64,000 nt of DNA from Stegostoma tigrinum (Eukaryota): the NCBI RefSeq assembly GCF_030684315.1, contig NC_081396.1:1984001-2048000 (forward strand), written 5' to 3'. Numbering within the stretch: the first letter of the stretch is position 1; every line of letters begins with the position of its first letter. The position numbers and the translations under genes are program-made. Below the pieces are notes generated by a model that was given only the letters and a program-made list of their open reading frames with translations, had not been told where the DNA came from and did no database searches. Below are positions 53,006 to 64,000 of this stretch, piece by piece.

Positions 53006-53474
53006 ATGAAAATCGTTGTTATTTTTATTCTGTATAGCTGGCTACCTCGTGAGTATTGATGAAACAAGCACACGTTGTTTTGATTCAATGTAAAGAATCC
53101 CATGAACATAGCCGCTGAGTTCACATTCTTTGTAGTTTTACTCTGCTTTGATTATCCATTTAATTCTCTCTTCTTAATTCCCAGGTTATTTCAGTCAGTC
53201 AGTGACACAAGCCCCAACAGCTGTGACCAAGAAGGAGTGTCAGTCTTTCATAATTACCTGTGTTTACTATGGTCACAACTGGGGTTATTATTTCGAAGAC
53301 GGATATTTCCTCAGGCAAACCCAGACCAGCACAGACCGGGAGCGGATATCCAGTGGAGGGAGATTTGTTGTACGCATGAACAAGGAAGAAAAAACTTTTT
53401 CACTGGAGATTCGGGATGTAAGAGTTGAAGATACCGCCACCTATTACTGTGAAGTACGTTACTACAATGATAGA
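53006..53474 (+). CDS. NARTCR: NAR-TCR variable gene segment (IgNAR-like V): leader 53006-53048 + V exon 53185-53474, intact
   Basis: Leader MKIVVIFILYSWLP|GTGAGT. V reads SQSVTQAPTAVTKKECQSFIITCVYY...LRQTQTSTDRERISSGGRFVVRMNKEEKTFSLEIRDVRVEDTATYYCEVR. The short FR2-CDR2 region (ISSGGRF) is typical of NAR V domains. Confidence 0.92.
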
Positions 53475-53512
53475 CACAGTGATGACCGAATATATCACGT
53501 AGTACAAAAACA
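53475..53512 (+). other. RSS of NAR-TCR V (23-class, 22-nt spacer)
   Basis: CACAGTG + 22 nt + ACAAAAACA. Confidence 0.93.
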
Positions 53513-53826
53513 CATTTTCCAGATTTTCACTCAGAAATACATGAAAGTATAACACCATTCTAGTATAAACAAAATAGATCTTGTAACATCTACGCCACAG
53601 TCTAATTTCCAATGTTACTTTTTTTTTAATTAGCGTTATCATCTGCAATTTTGAACACAACAAACTTCCGCAGAAGATGCTTGTTTTTCTTGTAATTGGA
53701 CTCTGTGTGTAAAAGTTGGGAATGAAGAAAACAGTTAAGAGTCCACAAACCAGGATCTGATTCTAAGAACTGGAACCTGGAGACACTGCTACTTAGTTAT
53801 TGTCTGCACATCTCACCAATACCTGG

Positions 53827-53897
53827 GGTTTGAATGTTGCTATGAAATACTGTGTCCTATTTGGGCTATCACAGTGGATGAGACCTGAACAAATATT
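53827..53897 (+). other. NAR-TCR D segment (coding 53855-53869) with 12-RSS on both sides
   Basis: GGTTTGAAT-12-TACTGTG [TCCTATTTGGGCTAT] CACAGTG-12-ACAAATATT. All three frames are open (SYLGY/PIWA/LFGL). Confidence 0.88.
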
Positions 53898-54203
53898 GCT
53901 GTGTAATTGAAATATATCGTTTGCTTTCCATGATTGTGAAATACATTCATTACTTTTGCTTTCCATGGTGTTAATTCCTTTTATTTTTTTTTCTGACCTC
54001 TCTCTATAGTTTTCTCCATTTCCCTGAAACTCTCTCCTCCACATTGCTGGGTCATCTTGCTAAGATTCAAAGTCTCACAAGTAACATTTTGAAACAATAC
54101 GGTCAGGAAAATATGGAACAATGTTCATTGATCTAAAGGCACTGAAAAATGAGAAACAGAATCAAGTGCCCTTAAGATGAGGCTGACAGCTTATACCAAT
54201 AAT

Positions 54204-54295
54204 GGTTCTTGCTCTGGTATGACTGACAACAGTGCCACTGTGTAGGGAATATAATACTGTAATTGGATCTGGGACAGCGGTGACGATCACAGCAG
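54204..54295 (+). other. NAR-TCR J segment (coding 54243-54295) with 23-RSS
   Basis: GGTTCTTGC-23-CACTGTG, then REYNTVIGSGTAVTITA and a phase-1 GTAAG donor at 54296. Confidence 0.92.
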
Positions 54296-54399
54296 GTAAG
54301 TGACTCCAAATGCATGTGTTACAAACTGTCTCAATTAATGTCCGTTGCCAGTTAATTTTTGAGACCCGTGTCACTTCAATCTTACAGTAGGAAGTCAGG

Positions 54400-55400
54400 G
54401 AATAATTACAGTTGGAAGTCAGGGAAGAAATCCAAGGTCCATATGATTTTTGGCCCAGCCTACGCTGAGAAATGATGAAGATAATCAAACCAGCGTTGAC
54501 CCAAACTTTTCCTTTCATCCTGGCCATAGAAATGGTTCCATATGACTGGAAAGCATTGAATACGTTTCCAAGTTTGAAGAAGGTTGGTAGTGATAAACCA
54601 GGAAGTTGCATACCAGTGAGTTTTACTTCAGCGACAAGGAAACGAATGGCAAGGCTCTCATTTTTAATAAGCAAGGTTTGAACACTGATAGTCAGATTTT
54701 GTCTCAGTGGGTTGTATCAACAGATTGAATTATTTTTAAAGATGATCAATTGAGTAAATGTGGATAGTGAAGCTTATGTAATTTATATAGATTTCAGCAA
54801 AGCCTTTGATAAGGCCTCACACTGGAGTCTGTGAAAGAACCTGGAAACACATCACATACAGGATAACTTGGCAAGTTGGATCCAGGCTGGCTTACTGGTA
54901 GGAGAATGGTAATGGAAAGCTATTTGTGTGTGTGGAAGACAGTATCCAATGGCTTACCACAGGAATCAGATCTGGGTCGCCATCAGACAGAATATCTTTA
55001 GTTATAGAAACATAGTTGATCAGATCGGCAGTTCGGAGGCAGATAGAATTTGAATTGGATAGCGTACTTTAGGGAAGTGAACCTGTAGTCCGTACTTGGT
55101 CTTGACCTATATTTGACTCCAGACGCACAGCAACGTGGTGGACACTTTACAGCCCTTTGGGCAATAAGGAATGGGCAAAAAATATTGGTCTAATCAGCAA
55201 CGCCCGCATCCTGTGAAGCTTTTTTTGTGCAATGTTTGGGAGATGTAATGAGACAATGGAATCTTCTTGGATGGCAGGATGCTGGGAAGCTGAGAAGAGC
55301 AGAGGGATCTTGGGATGCTTGCAAGCAGATCACTGAAGACAGCAGGACTTAATATGGTGATTAAGAAAGCATATAGGATACTTGCTATTATCAATCATGA
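54400..55400 (+). mobile_element. Old CR1 RT remnant within the J-to-supporting-V intron
   Basis: VPYDWK...KPGSCIPVSFTS and IYIDFSKAFDK remnants. Confidence 0.7.
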
Positions 55401-56347
55401 CAGTGTTTGGAAAAGTAGAGTGCAGCTGCGCAAGACTTCTGTTAGTCGAGAAGTGTGAGTTTCTCCTTTCAATAGACAGCATATATATATCGTTGAAAGG
55501 CTTTCTTTTGTCCAACGATCGTTCTATAATTCCATTCTACGATTATTTGACCACTGTCAGCTTGAATCCAATGGAGAACCATGAACTGCAATTTCCTCTC
55601 CAAGCTAATGTCCATGCTGACTTGGTGAATATGTCTTTATCGCTGAGTCTAATTCCAAAAATCACTCCTAACGGCATTTTGGCTGTACTTAGCACCCAAT
55701 GGTTTGCACTTGTGCATAAAGGCGGCTAACAACCTCCTACTAATGAGCAACTAGGTGTGAGAAACGAGCTCTCACTCCGACAGCTACATTCTGATCTCAA
55801 AAATGAATAAAAAAGTAGACACATAAAACTGGTGCACTCTCCAACTCCAAAAGTTTGAGTTTCTGAGAAAAGGAGAATTAAGTGTGGGAATACATCCACC
55901 GTTTGTGATTTTTGAAAAAATTATGTGCAGATTTTAGTAGAAATCAGAGAATTAAACAGAGCAAAATCTTATCATAACCTCCACAACGTCCCGGTGGATT
56001 CTTCCAAATTATTTTAAAACTGTGATCATCACCCTTACGTTTTCCAGTGCTCTGATAATTATTAAACGTGTTAGATTTTTTTTTCAAAATTCCCGTTTGA
56101 GAGTTACTTTGACTAATTCCCATTCGTCGTATATTCTGTCATATGACCCTGATCACAACAACTTGCATTCTGTTTTCCAAAAAAAATCTCCACATCTCGC
56201 TGCTTTTTTTGTGTGTTAATTCTTGTGAAGACATACCAAAACTACACCAAATGAAGAATAAGTCCTTATTAATAGAGCTGTACAGAACATTAACATGTTT
56301 TACAGAAACAAAGGACACACAATAAACTTTTTTTTAAAATCTGACAG

Positions 56348-56657
56348 ATTCCACTTCGCTGGTTTCCCAGAGTCCACTTTTACAGGCCTCCGCTGTTGAT
56401 GACACTGTTGCTTTAAGCTGTGAATATTCAGGCTTCTGTCAGTATGTAGTTTACTGGTACAGCCAGTCCCCAAGACAGGCGATGAAATATCTGCTTCAGG
56501 GACATACTTCAGGAGAAGAGAAGAAGCTAAATGCGGCCACGGAACGTCTTTCTACCACAAACGACCCTGCAGCGAAAATCACCCACTTAAAGATCTCTGC
56601 AATACAACTGAATGATTCTGCTGTGTATTACTGTGCACTCAGTAAGCGCTCAAGAAA
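56348..56657 (+). CDS. TRDV: Leaderless supporting TCR delta V segment of NAR-TCR, intact
   Basis: Acceptor CTGACAG is in phase with the J donor. Reads DSTSLVSQSPLLQASAVDDTVALSCEYSGFCQYVVYWYSQSPRQAMKYLL...KISAIQLNDSAVYYCALSK, with an extra Cys in CDR1. No convincing leader exon upstream. Confidence 0.92.
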
Positions 56658-56879
56658 CACAGCGATATAAAGACTGGGAGAGCTGTACAAAAACCTGAAC
56701 ATTATGGTATTGCAGACACAAGGGTCCAGAGCGAGCGTGGAGAGCGCTGTGCAGAGCATGCACACGTTGAGGATTACATTCACAGTGTTATAGAGACTGG
56801 AGTGGCTTTTACAAAAACATGAGAGTGGTAGGCTTACAGACGTAGTGATTTAGACCAAGGAGAGAGCTGTACAAAAACT
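56658..56879 (+). repeat. Tandem array of four RSS-like units (about 60-bp period); unit 1 is the supporting V RSS
   Basis: U1 CACAGCG-22-ACAAAAACC (56658); U2 CACAAGG-27-GCAGAGCAT (56717); U3 CACAGTG-23-ACAAAAACA (56781); U4 CGTAGTG-23-ACAAAAACT (56841). All three linkers are 21 nt. Confidence 0.85.
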
Positions 56880-58344
56880 TGACTACAAAGCCGTGTACAG
56901 GTAGAGTTTGGTGGAGCAGTGACCTGAATCTACAGGGCATTTTTCTTCTGAATTTGCCTGTTCACAAAATATAGCGGAAACACATCAATTTCAGGGTTAA
57001 TTCTGTTTCAGTGATACTTATTATAACTTCCAACGTTCCAGATGATTATTGTACCAACATTCATTGTGGAAGATATAACATTCAACTTTTAACTTGGCAA
57101 ATTATGGAGCAAGTTAAGTACATAAACTTATGGGGAAACAGCAACGATTCTAAAACTAATTGCATTACGCCTTCCCATAGTGGGAACGATTACGAATAAA
57201 ATTCCTCCATGTTGCCTGTTTATATGGTTAGAAATTTCTCTTTCTGTAGTTTTCTTTTCTTCTTGTTGAAAGATATCCCGAAAGAGGCATTCAAACGACA
57301 ATAGGAAAATCACTTTCCAAACTATTAATATGAGAGTGACCTTGTTTTGTTCCATCACTGCCAATAGGAAAATCCAATAGAATGCTCAGGTTCAGTGACA
57401 ATGAGAATCTATCGTGAAACATCCAGATTCTCTGTCTGTTTAACACATCTCAAGAGCTTCTGTATGTCTTTCATTCTATTCAACTCTTTCTGTCCAGCAA
57501 CGATTTTACATGAATTTTAGTCTTCATGTGAAGTTTAGTTTTATTTCCGCACTTACTTTGCCAAGCTGTGATGAGACTATCGTGAGAACATTTCTTAAAT
57601 GCTCTTAGTTGTTGCTTGTTTTCCGTTTTTACTGGTTATGCTGTGGTTTTACTGTTTCTCATTGAGAACTTCCTCTTTCGCATTTCTGACAATTTCAATT
57701 CCCTCAACCCATCCAACGATTCATTCGCGTGTACACTGAGGGTATCTTTGCGTAAGCTTTGCATTAAAATCAATCTTCAGGTTCAAGACAGATTCTTTGA
57801 CCCATACATGTTTTTTTTTGAAGCTAGACCTACACTCCCAATCTACCAATAGTGAACTTTTGCCTTTATGGCCCTTTATCTCCCGACTATTTTCTTCCTC
57901 CAACATTTTTTCTTGTCAACTCGCTCTGCATCTCAATGAGCATTTTTTTGTGCAGAAACATACTTCCCCATATATTCTGTTCTGTGAGTGCCTGCTCCTT
58001 GTTCTAGATTCACCTCAAAAGACAGTGGTTCCACATCCACCTCATTCGAATTGTTCATGATTTTATACTTTTCCATTTTCTGGTTCCATATTTCCATCAG
58101 AAAATGGGGGCAGCTGTCTCATATATTTCAGAGCAGTGTAATTGTCAGTTCACCTCCATTATTTTAGGTGGTTAAGAAGTCACAGTAAAACTTATGTTAA
58201 TATAAGAACTATGAATATGGGAGGCCAGTCGACGTTTCGAGCTTTTTCCACCATTCAGTATGATCATGGATGGTTATCTCCTTTCAAATAACTGTCCCGA
58301 TATATTCCAAACAAAGAGAAATCTCGATGATTCAATGATTACTC

Positions 58345-58665
58345 AATAACGGCGGCTCAATGATTAGCATGAAGCCTAACAACACCAGGGAACAGGGTTC
58401 AATCCTACTCTCAGGTAACTATGCGTATAGAGTTTGCACATTCTCCTCTTGTCTGCATGAGTTTCCTTTGGGTGCTCCAATATTGGCCCACAGCTCAAAC
58501 GTGTGCAGGGTAGGTAGATTGACCATGCTATATTTCCTATAGTGTTCAGAGATGTGTAAATTAGATGCATCATTGGGAGATGTGTCTGGGTGGGATACTC
58601 CGAAGCTCGGCCTGGACTTATTGGGCAGAATTGCCTGTTTCCACACTGTAGGGATTCTATCAGAT
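58345..58665 (+). mobile_element. tRNA-derived SINE (HE1/V-SINE-like)
   Basis: A box GGCTCAATGATTAGC, B box GGTTCAATCC, core GAGTTTGCACATTCTCC...GTCTGCATGAGTTTCC, and a CR1-like tail GCCTGTTTCCACACTGTAGGGATTCTAT. Confidence 0.75.
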
Positions 58666-59819
58666 TTTATGAAGCTATGAAAACAAAAAATAGACTTCTG
58701 ATCTTCCACAGACTCTACCCTGCAAGACCAATTGACAACTAAATATGCTTCAAATGCATCATGTCTCAAGCATTCACTCTCATCTTTGACGAGAAACTCC
58801 CATAAATTTCTGAAAGCCTTTCCTACAAACATTAACATTCTATACATTGCTTGCAGATAGAAGTTTTCATATTTCGATCTGAGGGTGGAAAGATCGAAAA
58901 ATATTTGGTTATGCAATGGTCATTGGAATTTATGTCAGGAAGAAAAATGCCCGCAGCAACATGTTTTCTCATTGAATTGTATTGTATGATATCCCATTTT
59001 CCCCAAACTACTGTTGTTTTGAATTCATACATTTTATAATCTATCTGTTCAAAGATGCTATTACATGCCCGTGAAACAGGGGTGCCTTGATACCAAGCTT
59101 CCCGCCACAGAGATAGGGACACCACTGCTGTGCATGAGAAGTTAATTTATGGTTCATTCTGTCCATCACAAATTCACATCACCAGTTTCAGTTGGGATCT
59201 ACTTTGCAGCAAAGTGCGATATCGAGACAGATCACGCTAGAGTGATAGATGGAAAGGAAGAAAGAATGATTCTATGAAATAAGAGGGATTATATTATTTC
59301 TTCATGAAAGCAACGATGCCTTCAATGAAGCAAAGAAAATAAACACATCCACTTCCTTATAGATTGCCTGCTTGTCTGTTCACAAACCCAGGGCTGTTCA
59401 GCACTGTCCAAAACAAAAATAAAACTGTAATCCAATATCTTAATTAGTGATGCTATTCTACTCTCTGTTGATCGGGGTTGAGTTGATGCTGAAGATAATA
59501 GAAACTGATAATGAACGTGCACTGGCATTTTTGCAATGTATCGAGAATTTGTGGCTCTTGCTACCTGTGACAGTCACAGTAGCCCAGAATCCACGTTAAA
59601 AAAAAAGATATTTCATTAAGAATACTGTGGTTCAAAACAGTAACAAATTGCTTCGTGTATGTGTGTTGGAAACAATGCTTCTGATAATGCTACCCATCCT
59701 ACGAGATACTCTGTGCTAGCTGATGTCGAACTTCTTGAGTTTTATTCGACCTGCACTTATCCAGGCAGGTTGGAAATGTTACATCACAGTGTTAAATTGT
59801 ATATTGCCATGATAGACTG

Positions 59820-60085
59820 ACTTTAGAGGATGGGAAATATGTGTGGCAAGTACTTTATACAGAGGGTGGTGGGTGCCTGGAACGCGTTGCCAGTGGAGGT
59901 GGTAGATGCAGACACGTTAGTGCCTTTTATGATGTATCTGGACAGTTGCATGGATGGGCAGGGAGCAAAGGGATATAGGCCCTTAGAAAATAGATGGGAG
60001 GCTTAGAAAGAGGCTCTCAATCAGCACAGGTTTGGAGGGCCGAAGAGCCTGTTTCTGAACTGTAATTTTCTTTGTTCTTTGTTTT
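59820..60085 (+). mobile_element. CR1 LINE 3' fragment
   Basis: YFIQRVVGAWNALPVEVVDA, followed by a CR1-type tail. Confidence 0.8.
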
Positions 60086-60629
60086 TTGCTCAGCGAGTGA
60101 GTTATTCGTTGACAAGTTCTGGCCTCGTTTGTAGATTAACAATCACTCCTCATTAACGTTATCTTGTCACCGAAGTATTAATATTGCTAGTTGATTTCAG
60201 ATTAGGACAATAGTTACCATCAGAACTTTGATAGAGGGGGAATTAAATAATGAAAATGGTGATGAACTGTGAAGGATGGTAATTCGATTATCTCTTGACA
60301 CAGATTTACACTGATTTACCCTTGTGTGGAACGAATGCTACTTGCCATCTAATAGAGCTAAATAACAAGCAGTAATATGCAAAATTTATCAGCATTATTC
60401 TGTACATAAAAGGCAGGGCAAAGCCAGTCTAATCAACTCTCCCTTTCAGTGATGGAAGTGTATCGTCAATAGTGCTATCAAATAGCACATGGAAAAGAAT
60501 AACCGGACCCGAAATGTTAACTCTGCTTTCTCCTTTACAGATGCTGCCAGTCCTGCCAAGCTTTTCCAGCAACTTTGTTTTTGTTCTTGGTTTTCAGCAT
60601 CCACAGTTCTTTTGATTTTTCCTTAGCTT

Positions 60630-63130
60630 TGCACTTGGACTTCTCCTCCTACTTCAATCTGTGGTTTTGTGACCCCATTAACACACACAGGAACCATCCC
60701 CATATATGCTTCTTCTAGGACCTCAGTACCCTTATTTCCTATTGGTTTTTCAACCACAGCAAGCATCACTCGCACCTGTGATACATTTATATCATTACCA
60801 AGAATAAATTGCTTTGCTGGAACTGAGAGGTTCTACCACCACCACTTCACAGATTTTCACGGGGATCTCCAACCTCACTGTAAATAAAAGGTCATTGCTC
60901 TTCTCACAATGAATTCCACATATTCTCTTTTTTTTCTGTCAACAATTCTTCTGAATGGCATATCTTCTATTCTGTCAACATGGAACATTGACATGCTGCC
61001 ACATCTCTTAAAACTTTAATTTCTTTATCTGGCCTTCCTGGAATAAATGAGTGAACCTTACCCTCACAGGTATTTTTTTTTAGATGACCTCTGGCATTTT
61101 CATCTCAACTGACACTTCAACAGGTTATAGATTATTTTTTCCAGTTTTTAAACTTCTGCTTTGCTTACCTTTTCTACGTCAAAAAAAACTCACTGGGTTA
61201 TCCTGTTTTCCCGGTCTGACTACTACATCACAGCTTTTCACTGGATTCTCCAACCACTCCCTAAAATGTGGAACATTGCTCTTCTGACGACGAATTCCAA
61301 ATATTATTACTGTTTTTCTGTCAATGTTCCGAAATTGCAAACCACCTCTTCCCTCACCATGAAAGATTGACTTGTTGCCTTACCTCTTAAAACTTTAAAT
61401 TCTCTACATGTTCCTCTTAGCATATATGAGAAAGCCTTACCCTTACAGGTATATTCTTCAAAGAGATCTGGCATTTTCTTTTCAATTAACTCCTAACCAA
61501 TCTGTAGATACACTTGCAGCTCATTTACTTCAGCTGTTCTTATCAGTAACACTTCAAAAACAAAAAAAAAAGTTATCCCTTACTCCCTGATCCATCTTCC
61601 CAACACTTTTTTCTAAACTAACAATACTTCAATTTCATGTGCTGCACTTATTGCAGTGAAAATATGTGAGCTATTTTTAATTCCACTTTTGCCCCTTTTT
61701 TTAAAGCTGTGGTTAACTATCTTTACTATCATCAAAGACATCCCCTTTTCCCTTACCACCTGACAATTTCACTTTTCCCACTTTCTATCCCTCACTGACT
61801 GACTTGAGTATTGGAGGCCAAACTTTGATTAATGAACCAACTGATGATCATATGCTGTATATCGTACAGCCTTAACTGTCTGTACTTCCACATGAGTTCT
61901 CATTATTTAAGGAACTATTTTTTTGAAGTCCTTCAAGATAACGGTCCCTCTAAGAACATCATATGTTTGATTTATTTTCAATGCCCTTATCCACCGAGCA
62001 AAGTTCCCTTCAACCTTATTTGAGCAAGGTACTTCCTTAGATTGCTCAAACGTTATCTTAGGCTTCTGGCACCAGCTCAGATGCACATCAGATAGCATTT
62101 TCCACCACATAATACACCCCAGATACCTCTCTGATAGCGATGAAAAGAACTCATCAGCTCTATGACCAACTTTCTTTGGATTAACAATGGTCACAGACCA
62201 CTTCATTTGTTTAGCCGCTTTGTCAAATGAAATGTAAAAAAAACTTTACAGTCCTTGATTTAGGACTTGTGCAATGATTTCTCATATTTAAACAGATCAG
62301 TTATGGGCATTTGGCCATGAAAGCGCTGCTCTCCATCACTGTCCTTATCTCTACTTCATTTTTTCATCTCTGCCTTCTCCACTTTAACTCGACTTTGCAT
62401 TCAGCATTCCAGCCTCTGAAGTTCAAAATCTCTCTCTTTCTGATTTTCCTTCGTTTTAAATTGTAATTCAAACTGTTTAATTTCCTTTACTCTTTCTTCT
62501 TTATTTGCTAATGCTATTCCCTCCTTTATTTTGTTCAACTGGGTCTATTGTCTCGTTTTCTGTCATTTTTTTCAGCCAGAGCTACACTTTCCCTTGCTAT
62601 TGCCGCTATTTTATGCTGTTTCGTTTTAAATTGAATTTCAGCCATTTCTGAAAATTCTACTGATCTTACTGCCACTTGTAATTGTCGATGATTCTTCAAT
62701 TACCTCCAATTTTCTCATGAACAAAGGCAAAGCCAACTCCATTTTGTCTGCCAACTCAAAAAGCTTTGCCTTTCTCACTTTCTGTGAAACTGTAGAATTG
62801 ACTTCTTTCACCACCAATAAAGTCTCAGAGATGGAAAGAGTCATTACGACAGAAAGCACATCCTGCTTATATCAACCAAATTTGCATCCTGAAACAAGAG
62901 GCACGAACACATACCAATAGCTGCCTTTGAGTCCAGTGCTGCTAAACCCAACATGGAATTAAAGATTTTGATCCGGGCAAGAGCCCCCAGTTTGGAAAGT
63001 ACCAGACCAAAAACCCTCAAAATTTATTAAGACCACAACCTAGGGCCGAACATGTTCCTATTTTAGTGTTATATATCAGACGCTGTGTTCAAAATGCAAA
63101 TCCTGTGGTCAAAATACTGGACGTGAAGGG
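60630..63130 (-). mobile_element. Decayed Gypsy (Gmr1-like) LTR retrotransposon 5' part: LTR remnant, tRNA-Pro PBS, gag
   Basis: PBS TGGGGGCTCTTGCCCGGAT (62971-62989, minus strand). Gag remnants KAKLFELADKMEL and ISFDKAAKQMKW, plus a zinc-knuckle remnant FHCNK near 61650. Boundaries approximate. Confidence 0.7.
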
Positions 63131-64000
63131 AAACATAATTCATTCAAACACTATTGTTCAAAAAACAACAAAAGAAAGAAGCTTTATGAGGATGTAACCG
63201 CCATAATAGTTCATGGGAAACCAGAGCATACAGTGTTAGCAGATTTTCAGAGTGCTTATGAAAGATTTCACTCAGTGCATTAATAAACAAAATCAGAAAC
63301 TGAGGGAAATACATAGATACTGGAATGTTTTCAAAGTTGGCTGGCTGACTGCAAATAGAAACAATGGAAATAAACGGGTTTTCTTCAGGCTGCCGGTACG
63401 ACGAGAGTGTATCTTGACCCCAGCTGGTCGAAACGTAGCTGAGGTATTTGGTAGTGGATTCCAAAATGATTATTTGCGAGTTTATTGATGGCACAAATTT
63501 GATGGAAATGTGGTTTGCTATTTGGATTCAGAGATATTTAACAAGGATTTAAATGGCCTGTGTGAGTAGGCAACAACAATTCGATCGAATATGATAGTTA
63601 CCAATTCGTAGTAAAAAGGAAATGCTAAGTATTTCTAAAATGTGTGCGATCAGGAAACGTTTCCATGTAACGATGCCCAAATGTCCTTCACGAGACAAGA
63701 GACATGCAGAGGCAACAATAAGTTTCCAAAAAAGGGCATGTTACCATATATTGTGAAGGGACTCACGAGCAGTATTGCTCCCATGCTACATGCTACTCTA
63801 TTGCCATGTTGAAACCATACATGGGATATTCTGTACAGCTCCAATACGTTTATCTAGGAAATAAGAAGGTGTAGTGAAGATTGCCAGAACGATTTCTCAC
63901 ATGGCATTGCTGTCAGATCAAAATCGTTTTATGAGACAAGGCCAGCATTGTCGAGAATACAGACGATTATGAAGCTGCCTTGTTGAGACATCATACAGAG

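Noticed and set aside
56251-56310. ATG-initiated stretch just upstream of the supporting V as a possible leader
   Set aside because: Not hydrophobic, no suitable GT donor, and too close to the acceptor.
56658-56900. CRISPR-like interpretation of the 60-bp periodic array
   Set aside because: Vertebrate DNA with no cas genes; the conserved parts are RSS heptamers and nonamers.

Overview
Cartilaginous-fish (shark-type) genomic DNA; the taxon is inferred from the NAR-type V gene and the repeat families. The window looks like part of a T-cell receptor alpha/delta V-gene region. It holds one apparently intact NAR-TCR cassette on the + strand (53006-56695): leader, IgNAR-like V with a 22-bp-spacer RSS, a D flanked by 12/12 RSS, a 23-RSS J, and a leaderless supporting Vdelta. 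Directly behind it is an unusual tandem array of four RSS-like units. At least eight decayed TCR-type V pseudogenes lie on both strands. Two intact two-exon GPR139/142-like orphan GPCR genes are interleaved among them (17899-21039 +, 46718-49076 -). Mobile DNA includes a near full-length, decayed R2-A-type retrotransposon outside rDNA that keeps an HDV-like ribozyme core; a young head-to-head Penelope-like insertion with a target-site duplication and two hammerhead motifs; a near full-length CR1 LINE; a Tx1 fragment; solo LTRs; a Gypsy gag remnant; and SINEs. There are two assembly gaps. All calls were made by eye without database searches.
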